From Botryllus schlosseri (taxonomy: Eukaryota), in contig CM119372.1 in NCBI GenBank assembly GCA_051294905.1, positions 22,508,001-22,572,000 on the forward strand: a stretch of 64,000 nt of DNA, given 5' to 3'. The notes below the pieces were generated by a model that did no database searches, had not been told where the DNA came from, and saw only the letters and a program-made list of their open reading frames with translations. Position numbers and translations under genes: made by a program. Shown piece after piece: positions 53,267 through 64,000 of this stretch. The number at the start of each line of letters is the position of its first letter. The stretch's first letter is position 1.

Positions 53267-54149
53267 CCTTAGAACATTTCCACAAAAACATTACCCCGGT
53301 CCTCAACGTATGTTGTGCATGTGCCTGAAAAATATTAATCTTTGTCTAATTCCTTGCCTTTGACTTTCAATTGAATAGTGGCGTGTTGCTTTGATTGAAA
53401 TCCTATAGTATTCCGATACGTTACCAAATGTCTAGTACGAATCAGCGTCAGCGGCGGATTAGGACTCGATCTGCAGGCTTTCACGGTCTTTTTGGTAGGT
53501 AGTCAAAATTTGATTTAAGACAGGCTAAATGTAGCATCACATAACAAAACAACTGAGAAAATCAGCTATTCTGGCATCAAGTAGTGATACACGAAAAACC
53601 GCTTGTTTCATTGAGGCCAACAGTGCGCTGGATTAAAAGACACGGCCAATACGTCACTGGAATCAAGTTCCTAGTCCTTAGCCTGACAAGTTTCTATCTG
53701 TCAGTGTTTTCCCGGGCATTTCCGATTTCAGACGCCCAGTCCAGCGTGAGGGCATGTGCATATTGAACAGAACAACTTTTTGGTAGGGAGAGCGGGCGTT
53801 TGGTAGGCTATCTGGTACAAATCCGAAATGGCGTTGCGTAGAAAAAGTCTGGGAATCACTCTGGCACAAAGCATAGCACTATGATATCAAACATCACTAT
53901 GATATCAAACATCACAGGTTGTAGCAGCATAAGATCCTACTTTTGATATACGTGCAATAGTTTCGCATTGTCCCTGATACTTTCGGCATACGAGTATCCT
54001 TAGCTTTTGTTTGTTTTGTTTTATTCACATAATTGGCACTTTTAACAACTTGGGTCACCAGCACGGAAATTTCAATAGATATTTGCTGTCTTTCTTTCTG
54101 GTCGTTTGCTGCCATCTTTCAATAGTTCGGCTCTCTCTTCCTCTGGATT

Positions 54150-54297
54150 TTTCAAGCCGCTGTAATCACAGCGGGATCGCCGATGAGGAGCCCAGATGAA
54201 CCTCCGACACATAGAAACATGGCAGAGCCGAGACTCGACCCAGTAACCATTGGTGTCGTGACTGCAGTGTTTAACCAACTGCGCCACTCGCTTGCCC
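54150..54297 (-). mobile_element. tRNA-derived SINE, third head type
   Basis: A-box TGGCGCAGTTGG, B-box-like GGGTCGAGTCT, followed by ggaggttcatctgggctcctc, which is shared with family B; 3' limit uncertain. Confidence 0.6.
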
Positions 54298-54777
54298 AAT
54301 CCTTCGCTGTTACTAGCGAAAAGAGTTTATTTACACCCTTATACCACCCCTGACATACTGGTGTGAATATACACCTAGCACTGGAAACCCGAACCCACCT
54401 TAAATTTATACCACGAGGAGTACATTTTCATCTAAATTATGCATGCAAATAGGAATGTAGGCAGGTATGCACGTAGTAGGTACGTATGATTTATGAACTC
54501 GATATCATTGAGTTACGCTCTGCTGTCGTGCCACCCTTGTCGGTGCATATAGGCCTACCATGCGTGTACGATATATCGCCTATAGGCATGGTGCATATGC
54601 CGCTGGTCAGAAACGTGGTAATCTAAATCATTTAGAGTCAAATCTCTTGTTGTACTATTTTCTGTCGTGGCGCACCAGACCGATAAGGTGATAAGCGTCA
54701 TATTGTGTTATTTTCCACAACTACCAATAAGGTATAAATTTCTCAACAACTCCCGTCTCAATAAGCTTGATTCTTGG

Positions 54778-55051
54778 CATTGTCCATTTTCGGTAATGTA
54801 CCCTATATTGCACATTCTTGGTGATGTTCATTCTCGGTAATGTACATTCTCGGTAATGTACATTTTCGGTAATGTCCACTGGTAATGTACATTCTCGGTA
54901 ATGTCCATTATCGGCAATATTAATTATCGGTAATGTCCATTGTCCATTATCCGTGGTGTCCATTCTCGGCATTTTCCATTGCTATCGCTAATGCCCATTC
55001 CCGGTAATGGCATTCTCGGTAATGGGTTTCTCGGTATTGGTATAGAGACCG
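54778..55051. repeat. Approx. 16-bp minisatellite (CATTCTCGGTAATGTA-like), probably a solitary DNA-transposon end
   Basis: Many degenerate tandem units ending abruptly at tatagagaccg next to a T run. Confidence 0.7.
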
Positions 55052-55545
55052 TTTTTGTATCCTCCTATCTGCTCATTGCGTCGCATTGTGTTTTGTATAC
55101 ATCGCATTGTACTGTATAGCTGTTAAAAAAAACCTTTCCTTCAGATTTCACTGGCTACTTGATAAAATTGTTAGGTTGGTTAAAAAAACGCCGCACACCA
55201 ACTTTGGCTCAACTCCAACCAGTAAGCGAGATTCTTGCAGTTAAAAGTTTTGAATTTATGGTTAAAAAAATGAAAAAATAAAATTTCAAAATTTTTGTGT
55301 CGACCCCCATAAAATTGTTAGGCTGTCAGTAGAGATAATGCATGCCAAATTTTGCTCGATTCCAACCACTAGAAGCAAAGTTATTGCAGTAGCTCAGTGG
55401 CTTCCACTATAGATAACTAACCTACGCAAAACCTGTCGCGAAATTGTTTTTCCTGTGATAATATTTCATTGTTCCGAACCAACCGAAAGTGATCGAATCA
55501 TTTTCTGCTAGAATCACAGCGGTGAGTGTATTCAGTTCGTTTGAG

Positions 55546-56490
55546 CATAGTGTCCTATAGGACACTATGGCAGGGTTGTCACCTGCTGGAGGTCCAAAAG
55601 AGCCAAATTGCTCTCCGAAATGTGCCAAATGGCCCTTCAAGGAGCCAACTATTTTCGATTTCAACCAATATGCTTATAAATTACACCTAAACACAAAAAT
55701 GATACGTTGTCAACAGCCTATGCACTTTTACATTCGAGTGGAGTGAAAATCCCTTTTTTTAATCGAAAAAGGGGGGTTCTTAAATCCTGACAAATGTCCT
55801 GAAACTGCAATCAAAATTGACTTCAAGAAATTGCCCCTATTTTGCCCCCAATGTCTGCACACGGGGGGTAAAATTGCACAACTCGACAACCGCTGCTGGT
55901 AGAGTCATGATATATAGCTCAAAAGCTGCCAAAACATCATGTTTTTAGCTGTCTTAAGAAGAAGAAAGTTTTCTCTATTGTGAACACGAAACGAGTTACA
56001 GCCAAAAAACAGTAAAATATTGAAGCGGGTAAATGGCGGGAGTAACTAATGTCATATGTTAGTGTTATTTACACAAAAACAGCTAAATAAATCAATCTCA
56101 TTATATAAAAGCACACTGGTAAGAGCTGTTACTCCATTTTTTAGAACAGGCCCGCGGGCGAATCATCTGGTCTTTGCGGGCTACCATAGGCCTGCGTTGG
56201 TGACCCCTGATCTAGAATATGGAGCACGAAATCTCGAAGCACTTTGATGGCAATAAGCCGCTCAAATGATTACATGGGATTGCAAATCCTAATAGCCACG
56301 GTTAAAATGAGAACTAAACAAGAGCGATTCGACTTTACATCAGTTTAAATTGTTGAATAATTTTATGGTAAGATGCGCCAAATTGGAGCCAACGCGCCAA
56401 ACGTTATTTTTCGTTGCCAATCAACTTTTAAAAGAGCCAAATTTCCGAAATTTGGCTCCCGAGTGCGCCAATTGGCAACAGTGCACTATG
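55546..56490. mobile_element. P-superfamily-like non-autonomous element
   Basis: Termini CATAGTG / CACTATG; perfect 7-bp flanking repeat GTTTGAG (55539-55545, 56491-56497); left end is a 24-bp palindrome matching the 46022 terminus. Confidence 0.65.
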
Positions 56491-56517
56491 GTTTGAGCTT
56501 CGTGGATCAGAGATGTG

Positions 56518-59500
56518 GGCCCCGTGGATATACTCAGATATCGCAGATATCGCAGGTATCGCAGATATCGCAGATATCACTACTGTGGATATACTCAGAT
56601 ATCGCAGATATCGCAGATATCATTGTGGATATACTCAGATATCGCAGATATCACCAAAATCCGCAGACATCGAGGTCATATAAAGGTCACGCTTCATTTA
56701 GAGCGCAGATATCACGTCTTAAGCATGTCTAGGTCGATTCAGTGCGCAGATATCAGGTCCGGACCATGCCTGGGGGAATTTTGTGCGCAGATATCAGCTC
56801 CGGAGCATGTCCGAATACAAAAAGTGCGCAGATAGCAGGTATGGACCATACCTGGATTCTTTTGGTGCGCAGATATCAGGTCTGGACCATACCTGGATTC
56901 TTTTGGTGCGCAGATATCAGCTCCGGAGCATGTCCGAATACAAATAGTGCGCAGATATCAGGTATGGACCATACCTAGATTCTTTTGGTGCGCAGATATC
57001 AGGTATGGACCATACCTGGATTCTTTTGGTGCGCAGATATCAGCTCCGGAGCATGTCCGAATACAAATAGTGCGCAGATATTAGGTCTGGACCATACCTG
57101 GATTCTTTTGGTGCACAGATATCAGGTCCGGACCATGCCTGGGGAAATTTTGTGCGCAGATATCAGCTCTGGAGCAGCATATCCGGATACAAATAGTGCG
57201 CAGATATCAGGTCTGGACCATACCTGGGCTCTTTTGGTGCGCAGATATCAGCTCTGGAGCATGTCCGAATTCAAATAGTGCGCAGATATCAGGTCTGGAC
57301 CATACCTGGATTCTTTTGGTGCGCAGATATCAGGTCCGGACCATGCCTGGGGGAATTTTGTGCGCAGATATCAGCTCTGGAGCATGTCCGAATACAAATA
57401 GTGCGCAGATATCAGGTCTAGACCATACCTGGCGCTGTTTCCTGCATTGATATCAGGTCCGCAGCATGTCTGACGCCAAGCGATACGCAGATATCAGACC
57501 CGGAGTATGTCTGGATACAAATATTGCGCAGATGTCAGGTTTGGACCATGCCTGAGCGTATTTCTTTGGTCGATATCAACTCCACATCATGTCTGGATGA
57601 AAATGGTCAGGCCTGGTCACTGGTCAGAGCTGACCAGTAACAAACCACTTACAGTTATTTTGGAGTCCTCTGGCAGATTTTGCCTGCTTGCATCACTTAG
57701 GCTACTCTAGTGCAGGGGTGTCAAACTCAAGTTGTTTCGCGGGCCGCATTCAAACCTTCAGAACATAGGGGATTAGGGGTTCTATTCAAGCGACACGTTT
57801 ATTCGCAAACAATGGAATTTGCAAAAATACAAATATTGACTGGTTGAATATAGTTACAAACCGCTAAAACAGGGGCTCTTACGACGATATCAGCATATTT
57901 CTATGATCGCCTTGTTTCAGTAGTAATCTGGCGTTAACTCTGCGTATGCGTTGGGAGGAATACAAGAGATTTAACTGTAGACGTGGCCGTTGGAATTCGG
58001 TTCATTTAAATCGCGATTCGTTTTCCTCTGGTGGTCGGGAACCTTTTCAGTCAGAAGTGATACAGTAGTGCGAACGCAGATATTTGAATTACATTTTTGT
58101 AACTACTATATTCTCCATATATTCATGCATGCAACGATTTCACATTGGCGTTTTCGCTTCTTCTAGGTCAATTCTAGGTCAATTCTAGGTCAATTTTTCC
58201 ATTAAACTCTGAACTCAGTGTTCTTCAGTTTGGCTTCCCGGAATTGCGTGTCAATGTCACCGAATTTTTGCTAATACTGCTAGAGTGAAACCACAAAATA
58301 ATAGGTAAAATGTGGCCTATGCACATATTTTACCTTTGCTGCATTGAGGGATTATTTAATAGAAGTTTCACGGACTAAAAATCTCAACATTTGTTAGAAA
58401 TATGCAGGATAATACAAGCATTTTTCCATCAAATCGAAATTTTTTCGCGGGTCGGATAAAATCGTCCGGTCTTATGTTTCACACCCCTGCTCTAGTGGTT
58501 ATATATCTTTGTACTACATCCAATACTACTTGAAAAAATTTTAAGGAAATAATAATACTTTTTTACACTTTGTATTTTGTAAAGTAGAGAGTAGGCTAGC
58601 ATTGGCACATGTTTCTATCACGTTTATAAGAATAATATCCATGATAAATGTTCAAATAGCCTCACACTCCTTGCGAAAAGAGTGTGTATTCACACCCGAA
58701 GGGCGGAGAAGAGTGGTACAAGAAAACATAACGTAACTAAGAATTATATAGCGGTCATAAATCCCAAGTGCCTATACGTGCATACCATTCTACGTTACTA
58801 TGAGCATGCAGAATTTGGATTAAAATGTTGTAGACTAGGCTACTGTATTTATACCGCGGTTTAAATCTGAGGTACTTTCAGGTTTTGTGTGTCATGAGTA
58901 CAGTGTCGTTCAAAAATAACTTTTTTCCGGATTCCAGCCATTCACTGATTAAATTGTCAGGTTACCCTGAAAACCGTTGCACGCCAAATTTGGTTCAATT
59001 CTAACAAGTATATAAGCCACCGCAGAGCCAATTTAGATTTTTAATTTATTAGAAAAAATGTTTTAAAAATTTCAAATTTTCCTGTCAACCCCCCGAAATT
59101 GTTGAATTTTCTTCAAAGACGATGCAAAACAAATTTGAATCAATTCCAACTAGTAAAAGCGGAGTTATTTGAGTTTTTCGTTGATAATTCTCGGATTAAC
59201 TACCAATATACACAATTCCCGAAGAATCCGACACGGCTCGGATTTCGTGCTAATGCGTGAGCCGAACAAAGCGCAGATGGTCGGAGTTTCTCATTTAGCT
59301 GTTTAAACAGTATTTACCATGTTTGTCGACTAGCCCTACCTGCGTATTCGATTAAGTTGACCGTCGCAACGCTCTATTTGTATCCGGACATGCTCCGAAC
59401 CTAACATCTGCGCATGAAAAATGCGCCAAACCTGATATCTGCGCACTGGTTAGGGCATTATATGTTCAATGCTCATATAGGTGCTGATATCTGCGCACCA

Positions 59501-60213
59501 TTTGTATCCGGACATGCTCTGGAGCTGATATCTGCACACCAAAAGAACTCAGGCATGGTCCAGACCTGATATCTGCACCCTATTTGTATTCGGACATGCT
59601 CCGGAGCTGATATTTGCGCACCAAAAGAGCCCAGGTATGGTCCAGACCTGATATCTGCGCACTATTTGTATTCGGACATGCTCCGGAGCTGATATCTGCG
59701 CACCAAAAGAGCCCAGGTATGGTCCAGACCTGATATCTGCGCACTATTTGTATTCGGACATGCTCCGCAGCTGATATCTGCGCACCAAAAGAATCCAGGT
59801 ATGGTCCAGACCTGATATCTGCGCACTATTTGTATTCGGACATGCTCCGGAGCTGATATCTGCGCACCAAAAGAGCCCAGGTATGGTCCAGACCTGATAT
59901 CTGCGCACTATTTGTATCCGCACATGCTCCAGAGCTGATATCTGCGCACAAAATTCCCCCAGGCATGGTCCGGACCTGATATCGCGCACTCAATCGACCT
60001 AGACATGCTTAAGACGTGATATCTGCGCTCTAAACGAAGCGTGACCTTTATATGACCTCGATGTCTGCGGTTTTTGGTGATATCTGCGATATCTGAGTAT
60101 ATCCACAATGATATCTGCGATATCTGCGATATCTGAGTATATCCACAGTAGTGATATCTGCGATATCTGCGATACCTGCGATATCTGCGATATCTGAGTA
60201 TATCCACGGGGCC
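56518..60213. mobile_element. Foldback-type element: long inverted arms made of 9-bp and 41-bp tandem units
   Basis: GGCCCCGTGGATATACTCAG at the left end and its reverse complement at the right end; arms about 56518-57610 and 59375-60213; flanks GAGATGTG/GAGAAGTG (7 of 8 match); no transposase inside. Confidence 0.9.
57713..58489. mobile_element. hAT non-autonomous element inside the foldback spacer
   Basis: TIR CAGGGGTGTCAAAC / GTTTCACACCCCTG; perfect TSD CTCTAGTG. Confidence 0.9.
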
Positions 60214-60789
60214 GAGAAGTGCAATGTGCATGGATTAGGATTAGGATTTGAAAAATCCGAATTTGTGAAATTTTGTCTGATTTGGATTGGATTAGGATTG
60301 GAGTTTTTTCTGAATGGATTAGGATTTGGATTGGATTGACCTATTTTCCGGGAGATTGATATGTCGTGTGGCGAATTGCGACAAACTTTATTCAGATCAG
60401 TTATTAATGGACTTATGGTACTCTACCTACACTATGGTCAGGCCGTGTTATTTTTGGCATATGCCAAAAGTGCCAAAAATAACTGATTTTTGGCATTTTT
60501 CGATTTTTAGTTTTGGCAGTTTTGGCATCGTCCTCTAAATAAATAGTTTCAGCCTCGAATTCGTCACAAAAACGCTTTATGTGGGCTAGTTTGTCAAAGG
60601 ACACCACAAAATGTGCAGCATCCACGTATAATCAGTGCCAACAAACAATAAGAAGAAGAAAAAACCTAACGATTTCATAGGTTAATAATATCAAACGAAA
60701 CCACAAAATGTGCAGTATCCATCGGAATCGGTGCCAATAAGCAAACAAAAAGAAAGAAAAGCCTAACAAACACGCTCAACAGCTGATTG

Positions 60790-61225
60790 TTACAGCTGTT
60801 GAATAGACTTGAATCGTTTGCACTGTAGCAGTGCTTCCAAACTCAGGTCAGCTAAGTTTCTCCTAAATTCATTTCTCGCCCAGCGAATCTGGGAAATATC
60901 GGCTTCAACAGTAGCCGTTGAGGGAAAGAATGTTGCCAATCATCCACAAAAGGTTTTCAGAGCTTCAAAATATTTGGAGGGCCGAACCGGCTTCCATGCA
61001 TCATGAAAAGAGATCACTTCGCCAGTGCCATCGATCTCATCACGGAAAGAATTTTCTTCCCGATCCTTTTACAGGAGTTTCCTGTGTTGTCTCTCAACGC
61101 ATTCTATTTAGTAGCCCGACTATCATTTCTCCTTCAGTCTACCGATATATTTTCGGAGGACTTTTGTCACTTCAGGTGGCTTTAATATTATACCAACTCG
61201 CATGGAAGAGTCCTGGGAAGGTTAG
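60790..61225 (-). pseudogene. Decayed hAT-like transposase C-terminus
   Basis: Translation through stops: LPRTLPCELV...IECVERQHRKLL*...SFHDAWK...LKTFCG*LATFFPSTATVEADISQIRWARNEFRRNLADLSLEALLQCK; resembles the hAT dimerisation motif (PxT..VE..FS...R..L....LE). Confidence 0.7.
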
Positions 61226-62407
61226 CTTGTTTAAGAACATTGACGCAACAAGACTGTCTGGCAAAACGAGACTATGCAGCTCAGAAATAGTCAGACAGTT
61301 TGTTGCGTCACAATGTTCAACTCGATCACGATGCAAAAATCGTGGTTGATTTTGGGGGTTCCAGCTCCATGAGCAGAATATAATTTATATTTTAATAATC
61401 AGTACTGCGGCAGCTTCTCATTGATACCCGTTTTATCAAATTTAGTGCTCGACAAGCCGGTCATAAATGGTCGTAAAATTGCCTTTGGACAAATGGAAAG
61501 TATGACGTAAACCAAATGCAGTCAGCCGTCCAATCACGCTGTGCCCACACCATTTAGGACCAGACATGGGGTAATCGTGATTAGTAATCGTAATCGATTA
61601 CGACGATTACAGCATTTTCAAGTAATCGTAATCGCAATCGATTACATTCGAAAAAAATCCCAAGTAATCGTAATCGTAATAAAATCGACTATTTCGCAAA
61701 TCTAATCGATTTATTTGTTAAAGAACGATAACTTTTTATTTGTACTAGGACCGTAACGTAAACTGAGCATTCGTGAACAACGAAGAGTGCGATTTACAAC
61801 AGGTTATTGATAAAAGAAACGTCGGATATTCAAACGCCACTCCTCATTATTGCGTCACAAGTATTCGTTTGACTTAGCTCGTCATTGCCGAATTATCCAC
61901 GCGTAGTAAATAGGTATTCAATGTAATGTAGTATTGTGATTGCCTCACATCATGTTATCAATACACTCCAGACGCCGCTACCTCGCAGCAGGATAATATT
62001 CGCCACTCCACCTAGTTCCAAATAGTAACGTTTGTGTTGATCTTTGGTTATTCTAAGTTAAACGCAGTTTACCCGTTGCTTGCTTGGTGAGCAGTAGGCC
62101 CTTTTGAAATTTTGTACCCGTCAAACTAAACATGACGATTTCCATATCGAAGCAATAAAAATCAACGGCTGCTGATAAAATTATAACCGAGTCGTTTTTG
62201 CCGTTACCTGCAATATATGCATTTAGTGGATTGTAGGCAGAATTTTATGTTCACTCAAACTTATTCTCGTATAGCGCTACTCGAAGAGGGCACCAGTCGT
62301 TATTTCGAAATTCTTCACTCAACATTTGAATCTGCCACTATTACCATATCTGCTTACACATCACGTAAGTAGTTAGTATGATCGCTCGTGATTCGTACAT
62401 TTTTGCA

Positions 62408-62630
62408 TGGGGTAGTATAGGCGGGGTGGCGAGCGGCTGGAAAACCGGGGGGGGCGAGCGGCTCTTATTTCTTATGGCGGGGGTGGCGAGCGGCTATTGG
62501 GTCTTATGGCGGGGGTGGCGAGCGGCTCTTATTTCTTATAGGTGGGGTGGCGAGCGGCTGGAAAACCGGGGGTGGCAAGCGGCTTTTATGTCTTATGGCG
62601 GGGGTCGCGAACGGCTATTGTGTCTTGTGG
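62408..62630. repeat. G-rich array: seven copies of a GGGGTGGCGAGCGGCT-like core with recurring spacers
   Basis: Cores are separated by three reused spacer types (GGAAAACC, CTTATTTCTTAT.., ATTG.GTCTT.TGG). Confidence 0.85.
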
Positions 62631-63294
62631 TCACACGGTAACCCTTTTCAGCATAGACAGCGGTCGCACGCGGCTTCGTTGTTGGCATGTCGTACTTCGT
62701 GTTGAATATGTATCAAGTAAATAGTCATGTGAATGAACCTTTGTTAATGTGTATATCGTCGTGTATTATTACACGGTCTCTACTGATTCACCATGTGTTC
62801 TTATGGGTGCGGTCGTGATTCGTACTTTCAGACATCTCTCGCGTGGTGTTGAATAGTCACCAACAATAACCGCACAAACGGAAACGTGGCTTGCAAGAGG
62901 ATTAAGCAGTGCGTGCGACCTATATTCCGAATGACCTACGCGCTGAATTGTTTCCGTGCAGTTGTGTGCTACTATCGATTATTACACTAGATCAGTCAGT
63001 GTGAAATAGTTTTATCGTAAATTATGATGTATGATGTCGTAGTTTAGTCGTGTCAAATGACCGATCGTGTTCTCTTTCCTCGCTATTGATTGCTACCTGA
63101 ATAATACTTTCGGCTTATTCGCTGTTTCGCGCCTACAGAATAGTCTGCTGTTCACAGTCGCAACTTCATCGCGATAGCACAATTTTCACACCTCGATCAG
63201 TAGAACAACACCGCGCTAACCCAGTTGTCGAATCACATAGGTCATACATTTTACGCGAAATGAAATATTGTATTGTGGTATACAAATATGCAAA

Positions 63295-63930
63295 CTATTC
63301 TTTCAATTCAACAAGTCTAGTTAACGGATCGATTTTCAAGCTGCCCACACAGTTTTTAACACGAGTGAGTTGATATTTCTTCCCGGGTACGAGCGAGGCT
63401 TTGTTCCATTGATCCAAAACCACCTCACCAGTATCATCCTTCAATGTAAAACTGTATAATTTCAACTCCTTTCCGGCACCAGAATTGACCATCTTCTCCT
63501 CTCGAGAAACACAAGTAGCGGCGATCGAGACGTATTCATCTTTATTTCCGTATACCGATTCACAGGTCAATAATGGGTATTCTTCAGTCGTATGTCTCGA
63601 TTTTCCATGTAAAGTTACTGACGAAGCCCGACCAAGTAATACAGCGGGTTTTCCAGTGATTTTATCAATTTGAACCCAACCGGATTTGACCATGAGTTTT
63701 TTTCGTTTGGTGAATGCTTTCTCAATGTTCCCGAACAAATCACGATTGAAACACGTGAAAGATATCTCTTCGTTATTGCCATCGATGAATATACCTTTGA
63801 GATATTGGCTAACGCCACCTCTTTTGGGTGATGAGACGAATTTGACGCCGACGTGAAAATTTGAAGTTGCTCCGACTTGCATAGTGTTGACGCTGTTCGA
63901 TGCCATATCGTTTGATAAAGTGGGAGTCAT
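63295..63930 (-). CDS. Intronless 211-aa protein with two predicted OB folds (RPA/SSB-like ssDNA-binding)
   Basis: Two beta-rich repeats: VKFVSSPK...YLKGIFID..EEISFTCF and VSIAATCV...KLYSFTLKDDTGEVVLDQW...LVPGKKYQLTRV; the L.D.TG....W motif is typical of RPA-type OB folds. Confidence 0.7.
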   Translation of the reverse strand: MTPTLSNDMASNSVNTMQVGATSNFHVGVKFVSSPKRGGVSQYLKGIFIDGNNEEISFTCFNRDLFGNIEKAFTKRKKLMVKSGWVQIDKITGKPAVLLGRASSVTLHGKSRHTTEEYPLLTCESVYGNKDEYVSIAATCVSREEKMVNSGAGKELKLYSFTLKDDTGEVVLDQWNKASLVPGKKYQLTRVKNCVGSLKIDPLTRLVELKE

Positions 63931-64000
63931 CAGTGTAACTCACTACACAAATCAAGTTGAATCGTATTTGAATGTAGTGATTCGACCCAACTCAAATCCT

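Noticed and set aside
56515..56835. Protamine-like RRYRRY ORFs (also 59908-60231) and other ORFs in the arrays
   Set aside because: Produced by the 9-bp GCAGATATC and 41-bp repeats of the foldback arms.
56742..59990. CRISPR-like repeat/spacer appearance of the 41-bp arrays
   Set aside because: The spacers are only two recurring types, the arrays form inverted arms of one element, there are no cas genes and the context is eukaryotic.
60232..60340. Interstitial telomere-like repeats
   Set aside because: Units are TTAGGA/TTGGA, not TTAGGG, and are interspersed like subterminal motifs of a MITE end.
62420..62630. CRISPR-like array
   Set aside because: Spacers are 8-16 bp and reused; better described as a compound tandem repeat.

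Overview
Eukaryotic (animal) genomic DNA, AT-rich, with short GT-AG introns and dense transposon content. A multi-copy GnRH precursor points to a tunicate (ascidian); the species cannot be read from the sequence. Host genes: a secreted, internally repeated helical protein gene whose middle exons carry frameshifts (8023-13030, +); a 3-exon uncharacterised gene (16767-19780, -); a 10-exon CNBD2-like two-cNMP-binding-domain gene (24275-37330, -); and a GnRH prepro-peptide with two decapeptides, QHFSFGFRPG and QHWSFGFRPG, plus a possible vestigial third (43654-44073, +). Mobile DNA: a complete, apparently intact two-gene PIF/Harbinger transposon (149-4846, TAA TSD); many nested hAT non-autonomous elements with 8-bp TSDs; a 608-bp palindromic element; P-superfamily-like elements with 7-bp TSDs; tRNA-derived SINEs; a Penelope-like fragment with an inverted pseudo-LTR and a minimal hammerhead ribozyme; a 3.7-kb foldback element whose arms are arrays of 41-bp palindrome-rich units; and, at the right edge, an intronless double OB-fold ORF beside a G-rich repeat array. 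Exon models and TSDs were derived by eye; no database searches were run.
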